From assembly GCA_964361585.1 (NCBI GenBank), contig CAYIBB010000001.1, forward strand, positions 36,116 to 77,454: a DNA stretch of 41,339 bases, read 5' to 3'. Positions 12,706-23,085 of the stretch are shown one piece after another. Each line of letters starts with the position of its first letter. Within the stretch, counting starts at the first letter, position 1. The position numbers were made by a program, and so were the translations under genes. The stretch comes from Candidatus Woesearchaeota archaeon. Its GTDB lineage: Archaea; Nanobdellota; Nanobdellia; Pacearchaeales; UBA12030. Below the pieces are notes generated by a model that saw nothing but the letters and a program-made list of their open reading frames with translations, did no database searches and was not told the origin of the DNA.

Positions 12706-13902
12706 ATGAATCTTGATAAGATATTTAATCATTTTACAGAAACGTCGATTTTCAATAGTAAGAAAGTATTACAAGTAAGCTATACCCCTGAAGTTGTTTC
12801 ACATAGAGAAGAACAAATTTCACAAATTGCGAGTATAATGGCCCCTTCTCTAAGACTTGAAAAACCATCGAACCTTTTTTTATATGGCAAGACTGGGACT
12901 GGAAAAACTTTGAGTGTAAAGTATGTAGGGCAACAACTTAATAATAAGGCGAAAGAAAAGAACACAAATGTGAACTTAATTTATATAAACTGCAAACTTA
13001 AGAAAGTGGCTGATACTGAATATAGAATACTTTACGAGCTTATCAGGACTTTAGGTAAGGAAGTACCTGCAACAGGATTACCAACAGAACAACTTTATAA
13101 AATATTTCTCGATATTGTTGATAAAGAAGAACAAGTTCTTATAATAATTTTGGATGAAATAGATCAAGCAGTAAAAAAGATTGGTGATGAGTTCTTGTAC
13201 AATTTTACTAGAATAGATCATTTGAAAAAAAGCCAAATCTCTTTAGTGGGAATATCAAATGATTTAGTATTTATAGAAACGCTCGATCCCCGAGTGCGGA
13301 GTTCTCTCGGCGAAGAAGAGATAGTGTTTCCACCTTATGATGCTATACAGCTGAAGGATATTTTAGAAGCAAGGTCTAAAGTAGCTTTTAAAGATGGTAT
13401 TGTTGCAGAGGGTGTAATAGAAAAATGTGCAGCATATGCCGCAGGCGAGCATGGCGACGCTAGAAGAGCTCTCGATCTGTTGAGAGTTGCCGGCGAGTTA
13501 GTCGAAAGAGATTGTAAGAGTAAAATCACTCTTGAGTATATAGATAAGGCTGAAGAGAAAATTGAGAAAGAAAAGATTCTTGATATTACTATAAATCAAC
13601 CTAAACAGTTTCAATTAACACTGCTTTCCATAATTGAGAAATCTAAAGAAACAAATAAAGTATTTTATACGGGCGATATATATGAGGGATACGAGAAACT
13701 TTGTAATAACCTTAGATTTAAACCACTAACCCAACGAAGAGTCGGCGATATTATTTCAGAATTTGACATGCTCGGACTTATAAATGCCCGAGTTATTAGT
13801 AGTGGAAGATATGGCCGAAAGCGTGAAATAAGGGTGACAATTCCTAAAAACTTAGTTGGGAAGGTAGAAGAAGCACTTCTCAAGTCTTTAAATTTAAAGT
13901 AA
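12706..13902 (+). CDS. cdc6: Orc1/Cdc6 replication initiator
   Basis: 398 aa. AAA+ Walker A LYGKTGTGKT and Walker B IIILDEID, with a C-terminal winged-helix region. Confidence 0.95.
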   Translation: MNLDKIFNHFTETSIFNSKKVLQVSYTPEVVSHREEQISQIASIMAPSLRLEKPSNLFLYGKTGTGKTLSVKYVGQQLNNKAKEKNTNVNLIYINCKLKKVADTEYRILYELIRTLGKEVPATGLPTEQLYKIFLDIVDKEEQVLIIILDEIDQAVKKIGDEFLYNFTRIDHLKKSQISLVGISNDLVFIETLDPRVRSSLGEEEIVFPPYDAIQLKDILEARSKVAFKDGIVAEGVIEKCAAYAAGEHGDARRALDLLRVAGELVERDCKSKITLEYIDKAEEKIEKEKILDITINQPKQFQLTLLSIIEKSKETNKVFYTGDIYEGYEKLCNNLRFKPLTQRRVGDIISEFDMLGLINARVISSGRYGRKREIRVTIPKNLVGKVEEALLKSLNLK

Positions 13903-13950
13903 ATTTTTATACACATCATTCAAAGATTAAATTAATTGTGGAGTGAGAAT

Positions 13951-15555
13951 ATGGATCTGGTAGAAAAATTTTTAGAGGAAGGGTATCTTCTTGAACCCAA
14001 ATTATTTGGGCAAATTAGAGAAGAAGAGGTTGAAGAGTTCTTAGAAGACATCAAGAGAAAAAGTGAAACCCCATTAATAATAACCGAAGATATTTATTCT
14101 TCTTTTATAGTATCTAAAAACAAAAAAGAAACTTACGATGAAGTGCAGATCGAGAATCTGAAAAGTAAATCTCTGGATTCTATAAAAGAAAGGCAAATTC
14201 TGAAGTTGGAGCAAGAAGTATTTGAAGTTGAAGTTCCTGAAGCTAAAGTTTCGACATCACAGGAATTAGAATTGGAGGTTAAAGATTCTGGATCTGATGA
14301 TGAAGAAACAGATAAAGAGGTTAAAATAAATAGTGTGAGAGTTCTCTATACTTACAACGAAGATCCCAAAAAATTTACTGTCGAGGACTTCACATCTTAT
14401 TTTAAGAGTCGCTATAGTGTCTTGCGTGATATACTGCTGGCAAGGAACGAACTCGAAAATGTCACTAGTATCAATAAAATAAGTTCAGAAAAAAGCCAAA
14501 TAAGTATCATTGGTAGTATACTTGATAAAAGAATTACGAAAAATGGGAACTTCATGCTGAATATTGAAGATCAAACCGGGATCGCACGAGTTATTATCTC
14601 AAAAAATTCAGAACTTTTCGAACTTGCTGATAACTTAACTTATGATGAAATTTTAGGTTTAAAGTGTGTGGGGAATAATGAATTTCTATTTGCTAATAAA
14701 GTAGTATTCCCTGATGCTTACAAATCAAAAAAGAAAGGAAAGGGAAAGGAGGGTTACGCTCTATTTATCTCTGATTTACATGTTGGGAGTAATAAATTCC
14801 TCGAGAAAGAACTTCTAAAATTTGTCAAATGGATTAATGAGAGAAGTGATAGTGTAGCAGATAAAGTAAAATATATCTTTATTGTAGGCGACTTGGTTGA
14901 TGGTATAGGGGTCTATCCTGGGCAAGAAGATGAACTTCTGATTAGAGACATATACGAACAGTACGAGGAATGTGCTTACATACTTTCACAAATAAGGAAA
15001 GACATAAAATTAATTGTTATCCCAGGAAATCATGATGCTACGAGACTTTCTGAGCCACAGCCAATTCTTGATGAAAGTCTGAGCAAACCCTTATACAGAC
15101 TAAAAAATCTCATCATGCTTAGTAACCCTACTTTTATGAATATTGTTGCAGAGGAGAATTTCGAGGGTTATGATCTTTTACTATACCATGGGTACTCATT
15201 AGATTACTATGCTAATAACATCAAAGCAATGATAGGGAAAGCCTATAAGAGTCCCGACATTCTTCTGAAGTATTTACTACAGAAAAGGCATCTTGCGCCA
15301 ACACATGGCAGCACTGCTTATGTTCCTCTTGATCGAGATCCTTTAGTTATAGGAAAAGTTCCTGACTTATTTGTGTCAGCGCATTTACATAAGACTGCTA
15401 TAAATTACTATAATGGGGTTTCACTCGTGGCCTGTTCTTGCTGGCAAGCTCAAACAGATTTCCAGAAAAAGATGGGCCATGAACCGGACCCCTGTAAAGT
15501 CCCTGTTCTAAATCTAAAAGACGGAAAAATTACTCTTTTAGATTTTTCTAACTGA
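13951..15555 (+). CDS. polB: DNA polymerase II (family D) small subunit DP1
   Basis: Phosphoesterase motifs SDLHVGS, GDLVDG, PGNHD and LYHGY, plus an N-terminal acidic region. I place the start at ATG 13951, preceded by GGAGTGAG. The track start at 13936 is a TTG. Confidence 0.9.
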   Translation: MDLVEKFLEEGYLLEPKLFGQIREEEVEEFLEDIKRKSETPLIITEDIYSSFIVSKNKKETYDEVQIENLKSKSLDSIKERQILKLEQEVFEVEVPEAKVSTSQELELEVKDSGSDDEETDKEVKINSVRVLYTYNEDPKKFTVEDFTSYFKSRYSVLRDILLARNELENVTSINKISSEKSQISIIGSILDKRITKNGNFMLNIEDQTGIARVIISKNSELFELADNLTYDEILGLKCVGNNEFLFANKVVFPDAYKSKKKGKGKEGYALFISDLHVGSNKFLEKELLKFVKWINERSDSVADKVKYIFIVGDLVDGIGVYPGQEDELLIRDIYEQYEECAYILSQIRKDIKLIVIPGNHDATRLSEPQPILDESLSKPLYRLKNLIMLSNPTFMNIVAEENFEGYDLLLYHGYSLDYYANNIKAMIGKAYKSPDILLKYLLQKRHLAPTHGSTAYVPLDRDPLVIGKVPDLFVSAHLHKTAINYYNGVSLVACSCWQAQTDFQKKMGHEPDPCKVPVLNLKDGKITLLDFSN

Positions 15556-15648
15556 CTCCCTCGTTATCTTATAGACTTAGTTAATATTAATTACCATAAT
15601 AGTTTTATACTCTACAATTCTTTATACCTCTTAATACATACTATAAAA

Positions 15649-18600
15649 ATGTACCTTAAAGATATTGAGAGGCAAGTAAGGGTTGCTTATTCTTTAGCTG
15701 CGGAGGCTAGAAGTAAAGGCCTCGATCCAATTAGCCGTGTTGAGGTTCCACTCGCAACAGATCTTCCCGAACGAGTTACTGGATTAGTGTCAGCGTTGCT
15801 GCCGCAAGTTAAGGATATTAGAATAGAAAAAAGAATTCGGGAGTTAGAAAAACAATTTGGTTTTTTAGATCCTGCTGTTGCCTTCGTGATAGCGGATGAA
15901 ATAGCAACAGAGAAATTTTGTAAGTTCACTAGTAAAATCGAGGCAATAGAGGCAGGAATAAGGATAGGCTTTGCGTATCTAACTTTAGGTAGTGTTGCAT
16001 CCCCCTTAGAAGGTTTTACTAAACTTGAATTAGGCAAGAATGCTAAAGGCGAAGACTATTTTATTTTATTTTATAGCGGTCCAATAAGATCCGCAGGAGG
16101 AACTGCAGCTTCTATCTCTGTAGTTTTAGCAGATTATTTAAGAGAGAAATATGGATATGGGAAGTATGATCCTAACGAAGATGAAGTAGGAAGAGCGGTA
16201 ATAGAAGTATTGGACTACCATGAAAGAATAACTAACTTACAATACCTTCCAAGCGAGCAAGAAATTTCGTACTTGGCAAGCAACTTACCTGTACAAATCT
16301 CGGGTGACCCAACTGAAGATTTAGAAGTTTCCCTTTACAAGAACATGGCTCGTGTTAATACCACTAGGCTTAGGGGGGGTTTCTGTTTAGTAATGGCTGA
16401 ATGTTTGGCTCAAAAAGCTTCTAAAGTTTCGGCAATAGTGCAGAAATTAAGAAGTAAGGATTTTGTTTTGAGTGATTGGGATTTTCTCGAGGAACTTGCA
16501 GCAATGCAGAAAAAGAAAAAATCTGAAAAGAAGGAAGATGTTGCTAATTACATCAAAGATATTGTCGCAGGCAGGCCTATTCTGGCACACCCCTCATATC
16601 AAGGTGGATTCCGTTTACGTTACGGAAGAACAAGAGCCTCAGGCTACAGTTGTGTGGCAATCCATACTACACTTCCTTATTTAATAAATAATTTCATTGC
16701 TGTTGGTACGCAGCTAAGAATGGAAAAACCAGGCAAGAGTGCAGCTGTAACATTCTGCGACAGTATTGAGGGCCCAATAATTAAGCTAGATAATAGCACA
16801 GTATTGCAGGTTTCAAACATTGAGGAAGCAAAGCGCATATCTTCGCAAGTAAAGGAAATTTTGTATTTGGGAGACATACTGATAAGTTATGGTGACTTCT
16901 ACAATAGAAATCATACTTTGCTACCTTGTGGCTTTAATGAAGAATGGTGGCAGCAGGAACTCGCTGCAAGAGGTGTTAAGGTTGAAAGAAAAGCAAGTTT
17001 TGAGGATGCTGTAACTCTATCTCGTGAGCATGGAGTAGCATTACATCCTTCATACACTCATTATTGGACTGCTATAAACGCGTTTCAGTTCCGCGAGCTC
17101 TTGAAATGGCTACTAACAGCAAAAATTGATGATGAGGTAGTTTTAACCTATCGGGGTGAAGAGTTAAAGCGAGTTCTAGAACTATTAGGGGTCCCTCATA
17201 TAGTAATTGCTAATAAGATAGTTATCAACAAGGCTGCGAAGAGTTTCCTGTTCAATTTAGGAAATTGCAAAAAAGATTCTCTAGATGAGGTTATAGAAAA
17301 AATAGATTCAGGAAATTATTCCGATGTTTTATCTTTGGTAAATGAACTTTCTGAAGTGAAAATTAAAGATAAAGCTGGAAGTTTTATTGGGGCTAGGATG
17401 GGAAGGCCAGAGAAGGCAAAATTGAGGAAGCTTACTGGTAACCCTAATGTTTTATTTCCAGTGGGCGAGGAAGGAGGGCGACTTCGAAGTTTTCAGGAAG
17501 CTACTAACGGCGGAATAGTGAGAGCAGATTTTCCAATTTATTACTGTAGTAAGTGCAAACGTGAAACCATCTATTATGTATGTGAAGAATGCGATAGTAT
17601 TACTCGCAGGCTTTATCTCTGCCCAACTTGTAATAAAAAATCACAGGAAAAGTGTGAGTTGCATAAGAAAGGAATTCCCTACGAGGAAAGAGCATTAGAT
17701 ATTAAGCGTTATTTAGTTAGTGCAAAGAAAAAGTTGAATTTTACTGATGCTGAAATGCCTCCTCTAATCAAGGGTGTTAAGGGTACTTCCTCAGCATTTC
17801 ACATTCCAGAACACCTTGCCAAGGGAATTTTAAGAGCGCTGTATGGACTTACTGTTAACAAAGATGGTACTATGAGGATCGATTTAACCGAACTTCCGTT
17901 GACACATTTTAAACCTCTAGAGATAGGAACCCCTGTAAAACTTTTAAGAGCCCTTGGGTATACTAAAGATATCGATGGTAAAGAATTAGTGCACGAAAAT
18001 CAGGTTCTTGAGTTGAAGGAACACGATATAGTGGTTCCTGCAGGCGAAAGTCTTGAGGAGAGAGTAGATTCCGTTCTTATAAAAATGTGTAATTTTATTG
18101 ACAACCTTCTCGTTAGATTTTATGGACTAAGACTTTTTTATGAGGTTAAGAGTCGTGAGGATTTAGTGGGCAAGCTTGTGGTCGGACTTGCCCCTCATAC
18201 TTCTGTTGGAGTAATTGGAAGAATTATTGGCTTTTCATCAGCTCAAGCACTTTATGCACATCCACTATGGCACGCTGCTATGCGTAGAGATGCGGATGGT
18301 GATGAAACCTCTCTGATATTGCTACTTGACGTGTTAATAAATTTTTCAAAATCTTATTTACCAGATCATAGAGGCAGTACACAAGATGCACCACTTATAT
18401 TAAACACGAGGATTAAGGCTAATGAGGTCGACGATATGGTTTTTGACATTGAAACGGTCTTCGAGTACCCACTAGAGCTTTATCAAAAAGCCGAGAATTT
18501 TGCAAACCCTCGCGAAGTTAAAATACCTCAGGTAAGAGACTTTCTCGAGAGTCAGATAAGAATGGCTTACACACATGAAATTACTAATCTTAATCACGGT

Positions 18601-19026
18601 GTCATGCAGTCAGCGTATAAGAAAATTGCTACTATGGGAGAAAAAGTGGTTAAGCAAATGGAAGTTGCTGAGAGGATTCGCGCTGTGGATACTGCGGATG
18701 TCGCCCGTCTCGTTATTGAGCGACATTTTATTAGAGATATAAGAGGAAACTTAAGAAAGTTCAGCAGCCAGCAGTTCCGTTGTGTGAAATGCAATACTAA
18801 ATACAGAAGGCCACCCCTTTATGGCTCCTGCAGGTGTGGAGGCAGACTTATTTTCACAATAGCTGAAGGAGGTATTGTTAAGTATCTTGAGCCTGCTCTG
18901 GAACTTGCAAGGAAATATGAAGTTTCTCCATACATCAAACAGTCTCTGGAACTAACTAAGATGCGTATTGAGAGTATATTTGGAAGAGAGAAGGAAAAGC
19001 AAGTTGCCTTGCAGAAATGGTTTTGA
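15649..19026 (+). CDS. polC: DNA polymerase II (family D) large subunit DP2
   Basis: 1125 aa. Cys clusters CSKCKRETIYYVCEEC...CPTCNKK and CVKCNTKYRRPP..GSCRCGG. No intein-sized insertion. Follows DP1 on the same strand. Confidence 0.95.
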   Translation: MYLKDIERQVRVAYSLAAEARSKGLDPISRVEVPLATDLPERVTGLVSALLPQVKDIRIEKRIRELEKQFGFLDPAVAFVIADEIATEKFCKFTSKIEAIEAGIRIGFAYLTLGSVASPLEGFTKLELGKNAKGEDYFILFYSGPIRSAGGTAASISVVLADYLREKYGYGKYDPNEDEVGRAVIEVLDYHERITNLQYLPSEQEISYLASNLPVQISGDPTEDLEVSLYKNMARVNTTRLRGGFCLVMAECLAQKASKVSAIVQKLRSKDFVLSDWDFLEELAAMQKKKKSEKKEDVANYIKDIVAGRPILAHPSYQGGFRLRYGRTRASGYSCVAIHTTLPYLINNFIAVGTQLRMEKPGKSAAVTFCDSIEGPIIKLDNSTVLQVSNIEEAKRISSQVKEILYLGDILISYGDFYNRNHTLLPCGFNEEWWQQELAARGVKVERKASFEDAVTLSREHGVALHPSYTHYWTAINAFQFRELLKWLLTAKIDDEVVLTYRGEELKRVLELLGVPHIVIANKIVINKAAKSFLFNLGNCKKDSLDEVIEKIDSGNYSDVLSLVNELSEVKIKDKAGSFIGARMGRPEKAKLRKLTGNPNVLFPVGEEGGRLRSFQEATNGGIVRADFPIYYCSKCKRETIYYVCEECDSITRRLYLCPTCNKKSQEKCELHKKGIPYEERALDIKRYLVSAKKKLNFTDAEMPPLIKGVKGTSSAFHIPEHLAKGILRALYGLTVNKDGTMRIDLTELPLTHFKPLEIGTPVKLLRALGYTKDIDGKELVHENQVLELKEHDIVVPAGESLEERVDSVLIKMCNFIDNLLVRFYGLRLFYEVKSREDLVGKLVVGLAPHTSVGVIGRIIGFSSAQALYAHPLWHAAMRRDADGDETSLILLLDVLINFSKSYLPDHRGSTQDAPLILNTRIKANEVDDMVFDIETVFEYPLELYQKAENFANPREVKIPQVRDFLESQIRMAYTHEITNLNHGVMQSAYKKIATMGEKVVKQMEVAERIRAVDTADVARLVIERHFIRDIRGNLRKFSSQQFRCVKCNTKYRRPPLYGSCRCGGRLIFTIAEGGIVKYLEPALELARKYEVSPYIKQSLELTKMRIESIFGREKEKQVALQKWF

Positions 19027-19043
19027 ATCAGAATCTTAAAATA

Positions 19044-19244
19044 TTAAAAATCAGGTAAATCTTCTCCTGCAACAACCCTCTCAAGAATACCTAGTAATAT
19101 TTCTCTTTTATCCAGAGATTCATTTGGAAACCACTTCTCTCTTTCTTCTTTTGGCACCTCCATTAACTTAGCTTCATACATAGATGCATGATAGATTACG
19201 GTTATCCCTACAGATTCTAATCCAAGTCTGAGTTTAATTTTCAC
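19044..19244 (-). CDS. Hypothetical small protein (weak call)
   Basis: 66-aa ORF with a GTG start. No motif recognised. Confidence 0.3.
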   Translation of the reverse strand: MKIKLRLGLESVGITVIYHASMYEAKLMEVPKEEREKWFPNESLDKREILLGILERVVAGEDLPDF

Positions 19245-19380
19245 ACCATTTTAATTCTTGCTGAGAGGCCTGGGACATATCTAAAGCCACACTCTGCCAT
19301 AATCACTTTCCATTTAATATCTACTGATAAGGAATATTTAAATTTAATTAAGGTTTTTAAATAAATTCATTAGTATTTAG

Positions 19381-19406
19381 TAGTAACAAATCGAAAGGTT
19401 TTTAAA
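19381..19406 (+). promoter_or_regulatory. Conserved 26-nt promoter-like motif (copy 2): TAGTAACAAATCGAAAGGTTTTTAAA
   Basis: 24 of 26 positions are identical to 9167-9192. It ends 13 nt before ATG 19419 and 22 nt before ATG 19428, so a leaderless start at 19428 is plausible. Confidence 0.45.
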
Positions 19407-19418
19407 CTAAAATCTCAT

Positions 19419-19982
19419 ATGATACATATGTCAGGCAAAGGGCGAGGTTTAAAGGCTTTAGTACTAACTTCGATAGTCATCCCTTTAGCTTACCTTGGCA
19501 CAACCTTTTTTAATACTTTTTCCAATCAACAAGCTAATCCTTCTAAAAGTACAACGAGGCAGATTCAATCAGCAACTACAGAAGACAATTTACGGGAAAG
19601 GGAGCTGACAGATGCAGAAGGAGTTAAGGAAATTGAAGATATTCTCAAAAGTCAAGGATTGCTTTATGAAAATGGAAAGGAATTTGAAGGGAGGAAAGTG
19701 GATATTTACTTGAAAGCTCCTAATGGTGATAAAATCTATATAGACTATGGTGGAAGCGAAGAAGTTTCAGATCCCACTTACATGAAATGGATACTGAAAG
19801 GTGAAGTAAGAATGAATGAAAGATCTGTCGAGGTAAGAGAAGGAGATGAAACTAGATATGAATACCCCTTACTATTTTTTTATATTCCTACTGGAAATAA
19901 GAAAAATATCAGGGTTTATTTTACAGACAAGAACCTTCCATACATTCGGGAATCTTTTGGAATTGAAAGGAAAACTAATTAA
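19419..19982 (+). CDS. Membrane-anchored or secreted hypothetical protein
   Basis: 187 aa. Has an N-terminal hydrophobic segment (LKALVLTSIVIPLAYLGTTFF). The start may be the Met at 19428. Confidence 0.55.
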   Translation: MIHMSGKGRGLKALVLTSIVIPLAYLGTTFFNTFSNQQANPSKSTTRQIQSATTEDNLRERELTDAEGVKEIEDILKSQGLLYENGKEFEGRKVDIYLKAPNGDKIYIDYGGSEEVSDPTYMKWILKGEVRMNERSVEVREGDETRYEYPLLFFYIPTGNKKNIRVYFTDKNLPYIRESFGIERKTN

Positions 19983-19989
19983 TTATTAA

Positions 19990-20664
19990 TCAAGGGTCAC
20001 ATTTACCTACTTCATCTTGGCTATAACCGCAGTATGAAGGATTAAAACAAACCCTTTTTAGTGTTTGATCACCTTTTTCAGCACAAATTCTAATATACCT
20101 TCTTCCCCATGCATAGGCCTTCGCCTTACTTTTTATCCATATATCTATCCTATTTCCTATTATACTTCCTCCAGTATCTTCAGCTCTTCCTTCAGTTGGA
20201 ATATCATATTTAGTTGTCCAACCTTTACTTACGGCATCTGGGATTATTATCCTACTACCCAAATCAATTTTTTTTATGTCTACAGAGATTGTTCCTTTAT
20301 GTACGCAGATTCCTCCGGCAGTGCATCCTTTATTACAATATGCTGTAGCTGTTACCCATTTTAGTTCATAACCTTGAGGACAAACCGACTGGGATTTTAC
20401 ACAACAAGTCTTAGTTGAGGTTGAAATCGCCGCAGTAGTTCCATAAGTTCCATCACAAGTTCCTGCAGGATCATAACCACTAGGACAAGTTCCATCTACG
20501 CAGAGGTCGCATTGTTGCAGCGTCTGGGTGCTTAATGTTCTACTAAAAAAATCTCTTATAGAATTCAAGAAAGTAGCCTTTCCCGTAAGAGATTGTTTCT
20601 CAGTAATAAATAATAATAGAGGAATTACCAGTACGAGCGCAACAACAATTGGAACTAATTTCAT
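19990..20664 (-). CDS. Secreted Cys-rich protein with a C-terminal 3D (MltA-like double-psi beta-barrel) domain
   Basis: 224 aa. Signal-like N-terminus MKLVPIVVALVLVIPLLLF and a Cys-rich middle. The C-terminal WVTATAYC...ISVD...LGSRIIIPD...GRAEDTGGSIIGNRIDIWIKSKAKAYAWGRRYIRI matches the 3D-domain signature (TATAY, ..D.., aeDtGgaIkGnrIDi, A..wGrr). Confidence 0.7.
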   Translation of the reverse strand: MKLVPIVVALVLVIPLLLFITEKQSLTGKATFLNSIRDFFSRTLSTQTLQQCDLCVDGTCPSGYDPAGTCDGTYGTTAAISTSTKTCCVKSQSVCPQGYELKWVTATAYCNKGCTAGGICVHKGTISVDIKKIDLGSRIIIPDAVSKGWTTKYDIPTEGRAEDTGGSIIGNRIDIWIKSKAKAYAWGRRYIRICAEKGDQTLKRVCFNPSYCGYSQDEVGKCDP

Positions 20665-20753
20665 TTGAGTCCTCTTTTATATCTATCTGGAGGCTAAATT
20701 TATAAATTTTTAGATTAGAAAAAAATTCCTCCCTCGATAAATACGAACAGCCG

Positions 20754-21560
20754 TCATCTAGCCTTCTTTTTCCAGATATTACTCTCTAAATACTCATCAT
20801 GCTTAACTGAAATATTTTTCCAGAATGCCCGAAAAATTGAATTGTACCATTTATAGGTGTCTTTTCCTTCTATAATCTCAATATGTATTGGATTCTTCCA
20901 AGTAACTATTACAACCTTGTTATCATAAGTCCACACATACTTATTTCCAAAATTATAATCTGGTTCAACCCATTTAATATTCCCTGCTACAAAAGCAAAA
21001 TCTGGATGGCCCATATGTGCCTCATTAAGAATAACTTTACATTTCACCCCAAGTTTCATTTTAAGTTCTTGGGAGAACCTGTAATATTGAAGGCCGGTAA
21101 AATCACTCACATTACCACCATTACCTATGAATTTGTATACTTCTTCGTTTTCGCGGTTTGTGTTGAGCAAATCAAGGAAGAAATTTTTATATGCTGTTAC
21201 CCCCCTCAAAATTCTTACTTGTTCTTCATCACGCATCTCTCGCGATAAATTCATTCTGCTTTTTATTTCCTTGATCAGACTATATTTTTCTCTTGTCTTT
21301 TGTTGTTCATCTGCAAGATCACTTAAAAATCCTTGGGGGTTAGGATAGTAAATAGTTTGACCTTCCTTTATTTGAGTATACACGAGACCTTTTTGAATAA
21401 GTCGCTGCATGGTGTTGTAAACAGTACCCCTATGTAGTTGGGTTTGTTTGATAATCCGGCCAATAGAAGAATTATTTAACTCAATAATAGTGGAAAACAC
21501 AGATACTTCTACTTTAGTAAGTCCTAACGTTTCAAGAATGGTCCTTAAATCAGTATCCAT
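20754..21560 (-). CDS. TrmB-family transcriptional regulator
   Basis: 268 aa. N-terminal TrmB-type wHTH LGLTKVEVSVFSTIIELNNSSIGRIIKQTQLHRGTVYNTMQRLIQKGLV, plus a C-terminal effector-type domain. Confidence 0.75.
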   Translation of the reverse strand: MDTDLRTILETLGLTKVEVSVFSTIIELNNSSIGRIIKQTQLHRGTVYNTMQRLIQKGLVYTQIKEGQTIYYPNPQGFLSDLADEQQKTREKYSLIKEIKSRMNLSREMRDEEQVRILRGVTAYKNFFLDLLNTNRENEEVYKFIGNGGNVSDFTGLQYYRFSQELKMKLGVKCKVILNEAHMGHPDFAFVAGNIKWVEPDYNFGNKYVWTYDNKVVIVTWKNPIHIEIIEGKDTYKWYNSIFRAFWKNISVKHDEYLESNIWKKKAR

Positions 21561-21679
21561 TTCCCCTATTTTTAATAATTAGCAGAACTATTTAATTCTT
21601 TCGAATTTGTCGCCGTCGGGGGCGATAGCTAGGGTATTTATCTTAGTAATAATACAAGATTTGTAAGGAGGTGATAAAA

Positions 21680-21874
21680 ATGAGTTTGGAGAGTAAGTTA
21701 ATATCTGAATATGGCCGCGATAACTTTCAGCGACAAGTAGATTCCTGGCAAGCAAGTGGTTATAAACTTGATGCAACAAGTTATAAAGCTACTCAAGTAA
21801 AAGACGATAAAACCGGACAGACTTACATATTACATACTGGCGTTATGGTACTGGTTGATAAAAGTAAATACTAA
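21680..21874 (+). CDS. Hypothetical small protein
   Basis: ATG at 21680 lies 7-8 nt downstream of a strong AAGGAGGTGA. The track start at 21671 is a GTG within the SD. Confidence 0.5.
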   Translation: MSLESKLISEYGRDNFQRQVDSWQASGYKLDATSYKATQVKDDKTGQTYILHTGVMVLVDKSKY

Positions 21875-23073
21875 ATTAAAAAGAACAAAATAACTGGAAG
21901 AATAAGGCAGCCCATTAGGTGCATCTTTCTAATTTGCCAAAAAGAGGCAAGAAGTCCAATTGATGTTCCAGTAATAAGTATAAGCAAGCCATAAAATCCT
22001 GAAATAATTACGGTAAGAACTGCAAGTAAAGTGATTATGCCTAGTGAGAGCTTCCGGTAATTTACTTTCATAATTTCTTTGGCAAACACCCTAGCAAAAA
22101 ATAAGGTCAGAAGAAAAGCGATGCTTCCTGAAAAGAGCATTACTGCAAGAAGTAACATGAGCTGATTTAATGTAAATGCTTCAAGAAGCTTACCTACCGC
22201 AACCGCTACTCCATGCCTTGGCCGCGAGATGGCATAAAGAGCCACAAAACCAAGGCCTATTGTTATGGTGCTTATGGCTCCAAGTAAGATGAGGAAGGAT
22301 TTTCTTCCTAATTTCCCTGCAATGCTTTTGCCAACAACAGCACCCTGGGCAGCTCCTAACCCTGGTAAAAAAGAAACGAGTGATCCTGAAAGGATGCTAG
22401 CAGCCAATGCCTTAAAGTAGCCTTTATGGACTTTCTTCCCACTTGAGATTCTCTGTTTAGGAATTTTCGATTTGTGGAGTATGCTCATAATCAATAGGGG
22501 AGTGCCAAAAAGTCCTGTGAGTAACGGAAAGAGAGGTTGCTTAATAAGTGTGAAATTCAGAGTTGCAATTCCTAGAACTCCTGCAAGAATGAAGAGTAAA
22601 AACGCAAGGATTTTCTTACCTCTACCTTCACTTAGTATCAAGAACAGAGAAATTACAATCAAGATGGGTGCAATATACTCTACAAAGTATTCATAATAAC
22701 TAGGAAGAAAAAGAACATAGAGAGGAGAAATTAAAATTATAATAAAGAGAGCAAAGAAACTTCCCATAGCAGTTAGCTTTATGGCTTCATAGCCCCTGCC
22801 ATCTAGTAGCATGCTATGTCCAGGCAAAACGCTTAGTGCAGTATCATCAGGAACTCCAAGAAAGATTGAGGGAATCATATCCAGAAATGTATGTACTATA
22901 GACATTGAAACTAGAAAGCACACTAGGGCTATTGCAGAAGCAAAACCTAGGAAGAACGCAGAAGATGAAAGTAAGGTGGTAGCCACTAAGTTTATATGAA
23001 TGCCAGGTAAAAGGCCCGTAATTATTCCTGCAATTATGCCCAACAGGACTGCAATAAAAATCTCAAAAAACAT
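21871..23073 (-). CDS. TctA-family (DUF112) integral membrane transporter subunit
   Basis: 400 aa and polytopic. GLLPGIHINL and IVHTFLDMIPSIFLGVPDDTALSVLPGHSMLLDGRGYEAIKLTAMGSF resemble the TctA signature. Confidence 0.65.
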   Translation of the reverse strand: MFFEIFIAVLLGIIAGIITGLLPGIHINLVATTLLSSSAFFLGFASAIALVCFLVSMSIVHTFLDMIPSIFLGVPDDTALSVLPGHSMLLDGRGYEAIKLTAMGSFFALFIIILISPLYVLFLPSYYEYFVEYIAPILIVISLFLILSEGRGKKILAFLLFILAGVLGIATLNFTLIKQPLFPLLTGLFGTPLLIMSILHKSKIPKQRISSGKKVHKGYFKALAASILSGSLVSFLPGLGAAQGAVVGKSIAGKLGRKSFLILLGAISTITIGLGFVALYAISRPRHGVAVAVGKLLEAFTLNQLMLLLAVMLFSGSIAFLLTLFFARVFAKEIMKVNYRKLSLGIITLLAVLTVIISGFYGLLILITGTSIGLLASFWQIRKMHLMGCLILPVILFFLI

Positions 23074-23085
23074 TTTTCCCTTTTC

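Noticed and set aside
13936-13950. TTG start for PolD DP1 (and the TTG start at 26982 for agmatinase)
   Set aside because: Downstream ATGs have better context. ATG 13951 is preceded by GGAGTGAG. ATG 27024 lies about 25 nt from a TATA box that the 26982 start would overlap.
21610-21625. GC-rich mini-palindrome TCGCC-N6-GGCGA in the TrmB divergent spacer as an operator
   Set aside because: The arms are only 5 bp and there is a single copy. That is too weak to call without comparative data.
21588-21779. 63-aa minus-strand ORF in the TrmB spacer
   Set aside because: It overlaps the strong SD-led plus-strand small gene and the promoter region, and it has no start-codon context.
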